This document shows positions 24,353-36,245 of a stretch of DNA of 64,000 nt, piece after piece; the stretch's first letter is position 1, and each line of letters opens with the position of its first letter. The stretch is taken from NCBI RefSeq assembly GCF_964213995.1, contig NC_135834.1, forward strand, positions 10,726,001 to 10,790,000, written 5' to 3'. A program made the position numbers and the translations under genes. A model generated the notes under the pieces. It had not been told where the DNA came from, ran no database searches, and worked only from the letters and a program-made list of their open reading frames with translations. Origin of the DNA: Mustelus asterias. Taxonomy: Eukaryota.

Positions 24353-24830
24353 ACGACAGTTCCATTGCTCACTTCGGTTCCTGACACACTCACCATGCCA
24401 TTATCAGCTCACATTTCCAGCACATTGCGGCGGGGACTGTATTTGAGCTGAAGGTTCCAGGAAAAGTCTAACCAATGGGTCATGCCACAAGATGCTACAC
24501 TTCAGCAAGATTTGACTGCTTGGTGTACAGATACGCACAATCTCATCAATGCCATGTCAAGGCCACAAAGGGTTTGAGAGACATCAGTGGCAAACCGGGT
24601 ATTTGAAGAAAGGGGCAACAGCAAAAGTCATTTGGAAGAAGACATTGCCCCCTCACATGGTTGCAGGCATTATGATGATGATGAACACAGTAGCCATTTG
24701 GTGCACAGCATGGTTGAATGAACACTCGATCTGTTTTCTTTCATTGTTGACCAGCATACCTGGAAAACTTACCCTGCTCTTTAAATCGTGCTGCAGGATC
24801 GATCTGAAGCACTGTGGACGGGGTCTTTAT

Positions 24831-25363
24831 TCATAGAGTTCATTGAATCCCTACAGTGCAGAACGAGGCCATTCAGCCCACCATGCCTGCACCGACCACA
24901 ATCCCACCCAGGCATTATTCCCGTAATCCCTCATATACACCCTGCTAGTCCCCCTGACGCTAAGGGGCAATTTAGCATGGCCAATCCACCTAACCTACAC
25001 ATCTTTGGACACTAAGGGGCAATTTAGCATGGCCAATCCACCTAACCTGCACATCTTTGGACACTAAGGGGCAATTTAGCATGGCCAATCCACCTAACCT
25101 ACACATCTTTGGACACTAAGGGGCAATTTAGCATGGCCAATTCACCTAACTTACACATCTTTAAACACTAAGGGGCAATTTAACATGGCCAATCCACCTA
25201 ACCTGCACATCTTTGGACTGTGGGAGGAAACCGGAGAGCCCGGAGGAAACCCATGCAGACACGGGAAGAATGTGCAAACTCCACACAGACAGCGACCCAA
25301 GCCGGGAATCGAACCCGGGTCCCCAGCGCCACAAGGCAGCTGTGCCAACCACTGTGCCACCCC
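24831..25363 (-). mobile_element. HE1-like SINE with ~5 x 52-bp units
   Basis: Head, tandem block at 24960-25218, and tail. Confidence 0.9.
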
Positions 25364-25988
25364 AAATAATGATTCCTTTTCTCTGAAGAATGGCACCTCT
25401 GACAATAAGGCAGTGCACTTGATAATACACTATTAAGTGCCAAGAGAAAGTTGGAATTAAAGAGGCACGACTGCCAGGCTGGCAAAACACCTTCAAATGG
25501 GCTGACAGCTTGCTTCTATTTTGCTGTGTTTTATCTGCTTTAGGTAGAGCTAATTTAAAGGCGCTCGTCGGAAGTGGTTATTTATTTGCAGAATACTGAA
25601 TACTGGAAACCCTTTTCCTGAACAGATGTTGAAAATGCAGGCAGATGGGAGAGTTAGGTTGCCGAGTGAAGGAAGGCCTGTTCATCTTGCGGTGCTGTGA
25701 CCACAGCTTTGCAGCCTGACATGTAACCAAAGTCACCACATGGGGGAGCTAAGTGACAGAGAAAATTCCAGCCTTCAAAATCTTCTATTTGGTATACAGG
25801 ACGTGGACAGATTTCATACGCAGGCCATGCAGAACATCAGTGTGGGGCCTTCAATAATTATTTCCAGTTACATAGCAAATGCTGTCCACTTCCTGAGAGC
25901 CAGCATTTGCTACAATTAAGAAAGTATTGTTTGTTGCGTCATATCTCATACCCCATTGTCCATTGTTCTTCCTCTGTTTAGATATAGA

Positions 25989-26346
25989 TATAGAATCCCT
26001 GCAGATTCTATGTAGGGAGGTAATCAGAAGGAGGCCATTCGGCCCATCGAGTCTGCACCGACAACAATCCCACCTAGGCCCCTATCCCTTTAACCCCACA
26101 TATTTACCCCGCTAATCCCTCTAACCTACACATCCCGGGGCACTAAGGGGCAATTTAGCACGGCCAATGCATCTAACCCGAACATCTTTCGGACTGTGGG
26201 AGGAAACCGGAGCACCCGGAGGAAACCCACGCAGACACGGGGAGAACGTGCAGACTCCACACAGACAGTGACCCAGGCCGGGAATCGAACACGGGTCCCT
26301 GGAGCTGTGAGGCAGCAGTGCTAACCACTGTGCTACCGTGCCGCCC
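25989..26346 (-). mobile_element. HE1-like SINE
   Basis: Head-to-tail copy. Confidence 0.85.
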
Positions 26347-26352
26347 ATTATT

Positions 26353-26463
26353 ACACAGTAAGGAGTCTAACAACACCAGGTTAAAGTCCAACAGGTTTAT
26401 TTGGTAGCAAACGCCACTAGCTTTCGGAGCGCTGCTCCTTCGTCAGGTGGAGTGGGAGATCTA
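26353..26463 (-). mobile_element. 111-bp Penelope-like terminal mini-insert with 9-bp TSD CCCATTATT
   Basis: Homologous to the ends of the 4891/5859 arms; cccattatt occurs at 26344-26352 and 26464-26472. Confidence 0.8.
26414..26450 (-). ncRNA. Minimal type I hammerhead ribozyme, intact core
   Basis: The minus strand reads CCAC-CUGACGA-A-GGAGC-AGC-GCUCC-GAAA-GC-UA|GUGG: stem I CCAC/GUGG, stem II GGAGC/GCUCC, and palindromic AGCU at stem III. Confidence 0.75.
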
Positions 26464-26924
26464 CCCATTATTTTCCAGGAGAAATGTAGCCCCTTAACAC
26501 AACGGGTTTAACCAATATACTTGCACAAAATGTTCCACTCAACCTCTGCAAATACAGCTAGAAAAATAGTGTTATTACTGTTAACATAATGTATTAAGTC
26601 TTAATATCATTAATTAATTTATTATTAATTTTTGAGAGTGGGTGGGGCAGTGATCCATTCGCTTTGCTGCCTGGTTGTGTGACTGTGTTTGATCCTCAGA
26701 GTGTAAAACACTGAATAGCAGCGGACTATCTCCCTGATCCCCAGACTGAATATTCGTGAGGCAAAATTCAGCCAGAAAGTCATCAGAAAATTCAGAATAA
26801 ATTCTGTTCAATGCGAGCAGTATCAATCAGGAACATTTACGGATTTCCAGAATGCTTATTTTGTCAGTTCTTACCATCGGTTGAGGAAAAGCCACAATTT
26901 CCCCCCAAACAAATATCGAGAACA

Positions 26925-27312
26925 ATCTTGAGAAAAGCGAATGCCGAGGGTGACCTAATAGAGGTGTTTAGAAGGGTTTGATAGGGTAAACATAAAGAAG
27001 ATGTTTCCACTTATCAAGGAGTCCAAAATGAGGGGCCATAAATATAAGCCAGTCACTAATAAATCCAATGGGGGATTCAGGAGAAATATCTTTACCAGAG
27101 GGCGGGCAGAATGTGGAACTCGCTCCCACAGGGGAGGCAAATGGCATTGTATTTAAGAGGAAACGAGATAAAACACTTGACGGAGGAAGGAATAGAAAGA
27201 TATGTTGATGGTGTGAGTTGAACTACAGTATGAGGGTGTTTGTATGAAGCTTAAAGGACAGTATGGACCAGTTGGGCTGAATGGCCCATTTCAAAGCTGT
27301 AATTTCTGTGTA
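26925..27312 (+). mobile_element. Old CR1 3' fragment
   Basis: agggtgacctaatagaggtgtt...tggaactcgctcccaca...gggctgaatggcc. Confidence 0.7.
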
Positions 27313-27874
27313 ATGTCAAAGCCTTGGCTTCCTGTTTGACCCACAGCTGAGCTTCAAACCCCATATTTTAGGCAATATTAAAACAAGTCACTTCCACCCC
27401 AGCACATCTTCCTATCTTACCTTTCCCCACTTCACCCACTATGGAAAGCCAGATTTGTGCCTCCATCGCTAGACTCAATTACTTAATGCCCTCTTTGCCA
27501 ACATTTTGACTGCCATTAACTCCAAACTGCCCAAACTTCACAGTCCACAACCTGACCCACACTTGGTCCCATTTGTTAGTGCTCCCATTACTGTTCTATA
27601 CTGGCACCCCATCTACAAACAAATCAAATTTAAAATTCACATCCCCTTCTACAAATGTTTCCAAGGCTTCCTACCCCATCCAACCTTTGGGTTTATGTTC
27701 TCTTCGGCATAGTGTGATCCTCTCACTCAGGCCCCCTAAGTATTCCCTCTCTGCCTCCACTTCACCACGAGTAACAGGGCCTTCAGTTGCCTTGTTTTTT
27801 TGGAGTTCTGTTCCCAAATACATCCACCTCCCTCCCTTTTATCTCCATCTTTAAAATCCTCCTTGAAACCCATT

Positions 27875-28009
27875 GGTCGGAATCTTACCCCGTTCACGCA
27901 GACGGGATTTTCCCATCCCGCTGCAGTGAACGGAGACTTGGCTGGCTGCCAAATTCTCCGATCTCGCTGCAGCGGAAGCCTGGCATAAACAGCAGGTAAG
28001 ATCGTGACC
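27875..28009. mobile_element. 135-bp MITE (Harbinger-like), TSD ATT
   Basis: att|ggtcggaatcttacc ... ggtaagatcgtgacc|att. Confidence 0.75.
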
Positions 28010-28310
28010 ATTGTTTAAGCCAAGCTTTTGGCCAGCTCTCCTAACTTTCCTGCAATGTTTCAGTGTGAATTTTAGTAAAATGTCTCGGCATATTTTACTG
28101 GGATGGAGGCGATACTGGCAGGGTATCTATTTCCTGCATCCCTAGTTGCCCTGAGAAAGTGCGAGGCCTTCTCCTCTAAACACTGCAGTTTTTGTGGTGA
28201 TGGAATTTCCACACTTGCCTTAGGTAGGAAATTCTCAGATCTTGGCTAAGTGATGAAGGAACAGGAATTAAAGAATAGTGTTAGCTTTGATTAAGTAGAG
28301 TGCACTCTCT

Positions 28311-29218
28311 CATAGAATCCCTACAGTGCAGAAGGAGGCCATTCGGCCCAATGAGTCTGCACCGACCACAATCCTACCCAGGCCCTATCCCCATAACCCC
28401 ATGCATTTACCCTGCCACTCCCCCCGACACTAGGGTTAATTTAGCACGGCCAATGCACCTAACCAGCACATCTTTGGACTGTGGGAGGAAACCGGAGCAC
28501 ACGGAGGAAACCCACGCAGACACGGGGAGAACGTGCAGACTCCACACAGACAGTGACCCAAGCCGTGAATCAAACCCGGGTCCCTGGCGCTGTAGAAGAT
28601 AGAACATTACAGCACAGTACAGGCCCTTCGGCCCTCGATGTTGCGCCGACCAGTGAAACCAATCTAAAGCCCCTCTAATCTACACTATTCCAATATCATC
28701 CATATGTTTATCCAATCTCCATTTAAATGCCCTTAATGTTGGCAAGTCCACTACTGCTGCAGGCAGGGCATTCCACGCCCTTACCACTCTCTGAGTGAAG
28801 AACCTACCTCTGACATCTGTCCTATATCTCTCACCCCTCAATTTAAAGCTATGCCCCCTCGTGCTAGCTATCACCATCCGAGGAAAAAGGCTCTCACTAT
28901 CCACCCTATCTAATCCTCTGATCATCTTGTATGCCTCTATTAAGTCACCTCTTGACCTTCTTCTCTCTAACGAAAACAACCTCAAGTCCCTCAGTCTTTC
29001 CTCATAAGACCTTCCCACCATACCAGGCAACATCCTAGTAAATCTCCTCTGCACCCTTTCCAATGTATCCACATCCTTCCTATAATGTGGTGACCAGAAC
29101 TGTCCGCAATACTCCAAGTGCGGCCGCACCAGAGTTTTGTACAGCTGCAACATGACCTCCTGGCTCTGAAACTCAATCCTGTGAGGCAGCAGTGCTAACC
29201 ACTGTGCCACCGTGCCTC
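28311..29218 (-). mobile_element. HE1-like SINE split by a young CR1 3' fragment (~28594-29178)
   Basis: The SINE breaks at ggcgctgt and resumes at ctgtgaggcagc (ctgt duplicated). The insert is very similar to the reverse complement of 13186-13770. Confidence 0.9.
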
Positions 29219-29605
29219 CTTGAGTCAGAAGGTGGTGGGTTCAAGCCCCACTCCAAAATATGAGTACATAATCTCAGCTGACACTGCAGTGTAGTGCTGA
29301 GGGAGCACTACACTGCAGTGTCAGCAGTCACTGGTACCATCTTTCGAATGGTACATCTATCCTCTTAGGTGGATGCAAAAGATCCCATGGCAGGATGTCT
29401 CCCTGCTGCCCCAGCCAATACTTAGCTCACAATTAAAATCATGAAAAGAGTCTATGTGATCATTTCTCTCACTGATGTTCACAGGATCCTGCCAAGCATA
29501 GGGCTGGCTGTGGCATTTTCAAAAACTGCTTAATTGGCACTAAAGTGCTTGGGAGGTCTTGAGATTGTGAAAGGTACTATATAAATTCAAGCCTTTCTTC
29601 CTTTA
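29219..29605 (+). mobile_element. Older tRNA-derived SINE (possibly SacSINE/Deu-type)
   Basis: tgagtcagaaggtggtgggttcaagccccactcca head and gtgaaaggtactatataaattcaagcctttc tail; the same tail type occurs at 1-112 and 3180-3245. Confidence 0.6.
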
Positions 29606-29865
29606 ATCTATATCAAAGCAAGTTTGTTGTGTGACTTGCGAGCGAACTGAGAGGTGGTGCTCCCATAATACCTCTGTTATTGTCTTTGTGGTTGAGGTCA
29701 TAAAAAGGAACTGGTGTGGAGGTCACCTTGGTGATTTTGTTTCTTTAAGAGGATGCCAACATCGCTGGCAATGCCAGTATTTGTCACCCTGTTACCCATC
29801 CGTAATTGCCCTTTAGCTGAGGAATGTTAATCACATTGCTGTGGGTCTGGAGTCACATGTAATGT

Positions 29866-30176
29866 AAAAGTAAAGTTTATTTATTAGTCACAAGTAGGCT
29901 TATATTAACGCTGCAATGAAGTTACTGTGAAAATCCTCTAGTTGTCACACTCTGGCGCCTGTTCGGGTACACTGAGGGAGAATTTAGCATGGCCAATGTA
30001 CCTAACCAGCACGTCTTTTGGACTGTGGGAGGAAACCGGAGCACCCGGAGGAAACCCACGCAGACACGGGGAGAACGTGCGGACTCCGCACAGACAGTGA
30101 CCCAAGCCGGGAATCGAACCCAGGTCCCATCGCTGTGAGGCAGCGGTGCTAACCTCTGTGCCACCGTGCCGCCCCT
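29866..30176 (-). mobile_element. HE1-head SINE, alternative tail
   Basis: Full copy, apparently flanked by a repeated cacatgta. Confidence 0.85.
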
Positions 30177-31217
30177 AGGCACATGTAGGCCAGACCAAGG
30201 ACAGCAGATTTCTTTCCCTAAAGAACATTAGTGAACCAATCTTTTTGGCAAGAACATTATGACAATCAGTGACAGTTTCATGGTCACCATTACTGAAACT
30301 AGCTTTCAATTCCAGATTTTATTAATTGAATTTAAATTCCATCAGCTGCTGTGGTGGAATTTGAATCCATGCACCTGGAACAATGTGGGGTCCTGGATTA
30401 CTAATTCAGTGAGCAATCCATCTTGTAGTTTAGTCATGCTGCAACCAAGGTACACCAGTGATAGAGGGGTGGATATTGAGCCCGATGACAGGGGCACTGA
30501 TGAATGGGCATTTATTACTCATCCCAAGTTGACCGAATAAGGTATTATGCTTTGTAGCAGTTTGATGCAACTGTGTGACTTGCTAGGCCAGTTAAAGGTC
30601 AATCACATTGGTGTGGGACTAGGATCATTGACAGGCCCAGAACACTTAAGGACGACAGATGTGGCCAATCTGTTGGATACAACACTATCTACAGTGAAGG
30701 AAGGGATTTAAGGTTGTGTGTACAGGTAATTGCTATTTGGGGAAATGGTGATACATACTGCATGATTTGGAATTAATGCCACCCCCCTTAACCATAGTCC
30801 GGTTTGAGTTGTGCAGCTCTTCATTTTAAAGGGGGAACAGTGTGTTTGTGCCCATGGAAGGGAAAAGTGGCCAGTATGTTAGCTTGCTGTCTTCATCAGT
30901 TAGTGGCTGGCAAAAATCTATCTCAAATTTAAAGTTATTAATTAAGATAGCATCTACTGCTTTTTGTGGAGAAAACTCCACACTTATACCCAGCCTTTGT
31001 ATAGAGAAGTTTTTTGTGGTTTCCCTCCTGCACAGCTTGACTCTGCTAACCCCTGTGCTGGACTTTTCCCCCAAACCCCCAGCAACAACCAAAGGAGAAC
31101 GAAAACCAAGGTTTCAGTCCTTCCAATGTTTAATTGAATGAAGTTTTGACTCATTCAGCACTGAATGTTGGTCAAGGAATTTGACAACATAGATACAGTG
31201 GAAGGGTTGGTGGTAGC

Positions 31218-32346
31218 ATGTCTACATCAACGGGGACGAAGTAGAAAGGGTCGAGAGCTTCAAGTTTTTAGGTGTCCAGATCACCACCAACCTGTCCTGG
31301 TCCCCCCCATGCCGACACTATAGTTAAGAAAACTCACCAACGCCTCTATTTTCTCAAAAGACTAAGGAGATTTGGCATGTCAGCGACAATTCTCAACAAC
31401 TTTTACAGATGCACCATAGAAAGCATTCTTTATGGTTGTATCACAGCTTAGTATGGCTCCTGCTCTGCCCAAGACCAGCAAGGAACTACAAAAGGTCGTG
31501 AAGGTAACCCAATCCATCACGCAAACCAGCCTCCCATCCATTGACTCCGTCTACACTTCCCGCTGCTCGGGGAAAAGCAGCCAGCATAATTAAGGACCCC
31601 ACGCACCCCGGACATTCTCTCTTCCACCTTCTTCCGTCAGGAAAAAGATACAAAAGTCTGAGGTCACGTACCAACCGATTCAAGAACAGCTTCTGCCCTG
31701 CTGCCATCAGACTTTTGAATGGACCTACCTCACATTAAGTTGATCTTTCTCTCTTCCACCTTCTTCCGTCGGGAAAAAGATACAAAAGTCTGAGGTCACG
31801 TACCAACCGACTCAAGAACAGCTTCTTCCCTGCTGCTGTCAGACTTTTGAATGGACCTACCTCGCATTAAGTTGATCTTTCTCTACACCCTAGCTATGAC
31901 TGTAACACTACATTCTGCACTCTCTCGTTTCCTTCTCTATGAATGGTATGCTTTGTCTGTATAGTGCGCAAGAAACAATACTTTTCATTGTATGCTAATA
32001 CACGAGACAATAATAAATCAAATCAGATATTCAGCTGATCATTCTCTACACCCTATCTATGAGTGTAACACTACATTCTGCACTCTCTCCTTTCCTTCTA
32101 TATGAACGGTATGCTTTGTAAAACACGCAAGAAATAACATTTTTCACTGTATCCCAATACATGTGACAATAATAAATCAAATCAAATATTAAGCTGATCA
32201 TTCTCTACACCCTAGCTATGACTGTAACACTACATTCTGCACTCTCTCCTTTCCTTCTCTATGAACGGTATGCTTTGTCTGTATAGCACACAAGAAACAA
32301 TACTTTTCACTTAATGTCAATACATGTGACAATAAATCAAATCAAA
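31218..32346 (+). mobile_element. Rex1/Babar-like LINE 3' end with a duplicated C-terminus and triplicated ~160-bp 3' UTR
   Basis: KAASIIKDPTHPGHSLFHLLPSGKRYKSLRSRTNRFKNSF; three UTR units, each ending gacaat(aat)aaatcaaatc. Confidence 0.85.
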
Positions 32347-32639
32347 ATGTAGATAAGTAAGAACTGGACAGAAGTTGGGATTTGTGCCAAAGGAAAAGCT
32401 GGTATTAATTTGTAGATCCGTAAATCGACAAGATTATTTATCAGATGCAAACTGACTCACACAAAAGGAACTTTCTGTCAGTGCTACAAAGCTGAAAACA
32501 AAAAGACCCTGGAAATACTGGATTGGTTTCTGTTTCTCCACAGATAAACTGATACGTGTTTCTAGTTTTTGCAAGTTCTGGGGTCTAAGCTTGTGTTAAA
32601 AACGGTCACTGTGAGCATGACTTACGAAAAAAACAGTGA

Positions 32640-33350
32640 AAAGAAAAACGCCCGCCTGCGCTTCATTTAAAATGAAACAGCGGCGCGCGAACCACAAGAT
32701 TTACCTGCCAACTGCCAAGAAGTTTGAGCGTCACGTGACTCCGACATCCGGGTTCTGTCAGTGGTCATTCTCCAACATGGCGTCTTCAGGTGAGTAGCTG
32801 CGGGTGTCGCGCGGGGCCGGGAAAAAAAAAGACACAAAAAAATGCGTCCAAGTTTGCTGCTTTTTTTGCCCCCTCCCCCACGTCACTCAATCGCCTCGGA
32901 AAGCGGGGCGGACGGATGTGGATTTGAGTGGCACCGCGGTGTGTGAAGGAGAGAGAGGGGGGGGGAAAAAAAGCGGGGCGGGATGGCCGCCAAATGGGTT
33001 GCGGAGCGAGCGGTAACCCGGGGCTTCGGCCTCCCGCTGCAGCTTGGCCTCCCCACCCGGGCGCGGCGCGCATGCGCGCCCCCGACCCCCACCCCCCCCC
33101 TCAGCCAGACCATATCCATTCAACTCCAGCTTCTCAAAAAATGCTCCCAACGCCTGTGGGGCCGGTGTATCTCCCCCCCCCCCCCCAAACTGTCACGCTT
33201 TGCGTACGCGTGTACTGGAACTTCCTGCGAATCATTTGTAATCGCCCCTTTTTCATTGAAAAAAAAATGGCATCTCTGCACATTCTAAATTCGCCCCAAA
33301 CTTCCACCGGCTTTCAAACCTGTGGGTCGCGACTAGCTCTGCTGCCCATG
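32640..33350 (+). promoter_or_regulatory. EIF4B: CpG-island promoter of EIF4B
   Basis: High CpG density. Motifs: GTCACGTGAC E-box (32730-32739), ETS-like ACATCCGG (32744-32751), YY1 CAACATGGCG over the ATG, GC boxes, NRF1 GCGCATGCGC (33068-33077). Confidence 0.85.
32777..32789 (+). CDS. EIF4B: eIF4B coding exon 1 (MASS + 1 nt)
   Basis: aacATGGCGTCTTCAG|gtgagt; good Kozak context; phase 1 joins exon 2 in frame. Confidence 0.9.
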
Positions 33351-33544
33351 TTCATCTCGCCACCATCTTGCGTATCTCCTCTGTGCTCCTTGCCTCCATC
33401 ACAGTCAACGCCACTTGTGCCACGATGTTCCCTCCAGCTCCTGATCTGATTCATCGCGCCCTCGTCTCTAACTATAATGCTCCCAGGAAAACCCCTACAC
33501 TCTCCCTCCCCATCTTCGATGTTCCCCTACATTCTCCACCCCTC

Positions 33545-33950
33545 CCTTCAAATGGAGCTTAGAGGGTTGAATTATGAGGGCAGGTTAATTTCATGGAATC
33601 CCTACAATGCAGAAGGAGGTTGGCTGCATTGCTTTGAGTGTAGAAAATTGAAGGGTAATCTGATTGAGGTATTTTAAAGGGATTCAGTCGATAATGCAGA
33701 GAAAGAATCTCATTTTGAGAGGGTGAGGGGACATGATCTTAAAATTAGAGCCAGGCCAGAGGGAAATCAGCAAACACTTTTTCACACATACTACTGGAAA
33801 TCCTTTTTTCTCTGAAAGGCTTTGGATGCTGGGACAAGTGGAATTTTCAAAATCGAAATCAATTTTAATCGGTTAAGACAAATAAGCAGAGTTGAGCTAC
33901 AGACCAGCCATAACCTAATTAAATGGTGGGGTTGGATGGCCTTCTGCGCC
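33545..33950 (+). mobile_element. Old CR1 3' fragment in intron 1
   Basis: Degenerate YEGRL and RKLKGNLIEVF motifs plus a 3' end. Confidence 0.6.
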
Positions 33951-34699
33951 TAAGTATCTGATGCACAACTGGTTTAACCATTTATTGCCAGCTCTGGCTG
34001 GACCACATAGTGCACCATCGGGCCCTGCTCTATTTCAAAGCATGTTCAGTATTCCAGGATCATCCCTAGTGTTTCTTCACTACCAACTGTCTCCTCCATC
34101 CTCCTTGTCTCTCCTCCCCATCACCTGCGCGAACAACAGTTGCAAGGACTACTACATCACAAAGATTGCGCCTATTTGTTCAGCTATCTCTCTGGCATTC
34201 TTGCCTGCTAAGACAAGGTGTTCCCGCTGCCTTAACCATGAGCCTGCATAGTTCTGTAGTCTCTCTACTATTCTCAGAGCTCTCTCTGAGCTCATCTTAT
34301 CCTTGAGTTCCAACTCTCACTGGATCCCATTGCTGTTAAACTGTTTACAACTCTAACTTTCTTCCTGGCTTCCACGCTGCCTGATGTTGTAATGGGTTTG
34401 GATACTATCCCTGCCCCCTCCAGATCTGCCATTATCACCCTTCATGCCAGAATACTCAAAAGGCTTTAATGAAAGATATCCTGAGTGACTGACCATTATG
34501 CACCGTGTCTCCTCATCTTTCACAATATCTCTGTAGACTTTGATAGGAGCAAGAAGACGAAAATAGGGATAATGGTTATGCACTCATCTGAATGATATTC
34601 TGGCATAAGGGGATAAATTATGAGGACAGATTGTATTGATGAGACTTGTATTCCCTTCGAAATACAATAGAAAATAGTATAGAAAATTAATGGGTGATT

Positions 34700-35640
34700 T
34701 AATTGTCGCTAGAGAATCTCCTGCATTGGTTTTGCTTCCTGCCACCACATTGTTACCGCCGAGGTCTCCTGAGGATCTGTCCATTGGGCCTCTCCTGTTT
34801 TGAATCTACATGCTGCCCCTCAGTAACATTCTGAAAAGATATGAATCATAGAATCTCTACAGTGCATAAGGAGGCCATTCGGCCCACCGAGCCTGCACTG
34901 ACCACAATCCCACCCAGACCCCATCCCCGTAGCCCCATCTGTTTACCCTGCTAATCCCCCTGACACTAAGGGTCAATTTAGCATGGCCAATGAACCTAAC
35001 CCGCATATCTTTGGACTGTGGGAGGAAACCGGAGCAACTGGAGGAAACCCACGCAGACACGGGGAGAACATGCAAACTCCACTCAGTCACACGAGGCTGG
35101 AATTGAACCTGGGTCCCTGGTACAGTGAAGCAGCAGTGCTAACCACTGTGCCACTATGCCGCCCAAGTTCCACACTTGCACTGACAACACCCAGCTCTAC
35201 CTTACGACCATCTGTCTTGATGTCTCCATTGTCTTGTTGGCTTGCTTGTCTGACATGGTTGAATTACAATTTCCTCCATTTTGGAAGACTGAAGGTGTTA
35301 ACTTCAGCTCTTGCCGTAATCTCCATTCTTTCGCAGTCGATTCCATCACACACGTAATATGCCTGCCTGGCCACTGTCTCGGGCTGAACCAGACTGTTTG
35401 CGACCTGTATGTTCTATTTGACCTGAGTTGATTTCTGGACCCATATCTTCTCCATCACAAACACCAGTTAACATCCACCTCCACAACATCACCTATCTCC
35501 ACTCTCGCATCAGTTTATTTGCTGTTCAAACTCATCCACGTTACCTCCAGACTCAATACTCTCCGAGTCAGCCTCCCATATTCTGCTCTTCACGAACTTA
35601 ATCAAGGCTTTGGTGCCTGTATCTTAACCCACATCTCCCT
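34700..35640 (+). mobile_element. Old L2-like LINE fragment with a nested HE1-like SINE (34843-35164, minus strand)
   Basis: gggcctctcctgttttgaatctacatgctgccc (GPLLF.IYMLP) and FHTCTDNTQLY (a degenerate YADDTQLY). Confidence 0.65.
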
Positions 35641-35729
35641 ATCACTGCAACCTCTTTCTACTGTATTTCCCTTCAAGGACACTGCTTTCTGCCAATTGTG
35701 GTCTCTTGTACATTCTCTACTCTCTTTGT

Positions 35730-36245
35730 CCCATAAGAACTCAGAGCAGGAGTAGGCAATTTAGCCCCTCGAGCCTGCCCCGCCATTTAATATGATCATG
35801 GCTGATCTAATCTTGGCCTCAACTCCTTACCTGCCCTTTCACTAAAGCCCTTCAAACTATTACTAATTTTACTCAAGTCCCAAAATCCACCGCACTCTGG
35901 GGTAGTAAATTCCACAGACTCATCACCCTTTGAGAGAAGTAATTTCTCCTCCTCTTTGTTTTAAATCTGCCACCCCTTATCCTAAAATTGACCTCTTGTT
36001 CTAGATTGCCCTACCAGAGGAAACAACCTCTCTTTTTCTACTTTGTCAATCCCTCTTATCATCTTGTACACCACAATTAGATCTCTCGTTCTTCTGAAGT
36101 CCAGGGATTATTGGCCTAAACTGCCCAATCTCTCTTCGTAAAATAAACCTCTCATCTCTAGAATCAATCTAGTGAACCTCCTCTGAACTGCCTCCAATGC
36201 AACTACATTCCTCCTCAAGTAAGGGGGCCAGGACTGTACACAATA
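35730..36245 (-). mobile_element. CR1 3' fragment
   Basis: cataagaac tail and the reverse complement of a RVMSLWNLLPQ-type motif. Confidence 0.7.

Noticed and set aside
32786-33449. Overlapping ORFs in the CpG island
   Set aside because: GC-rich, stop-poor intron 1 sequence with low-complexity translations.
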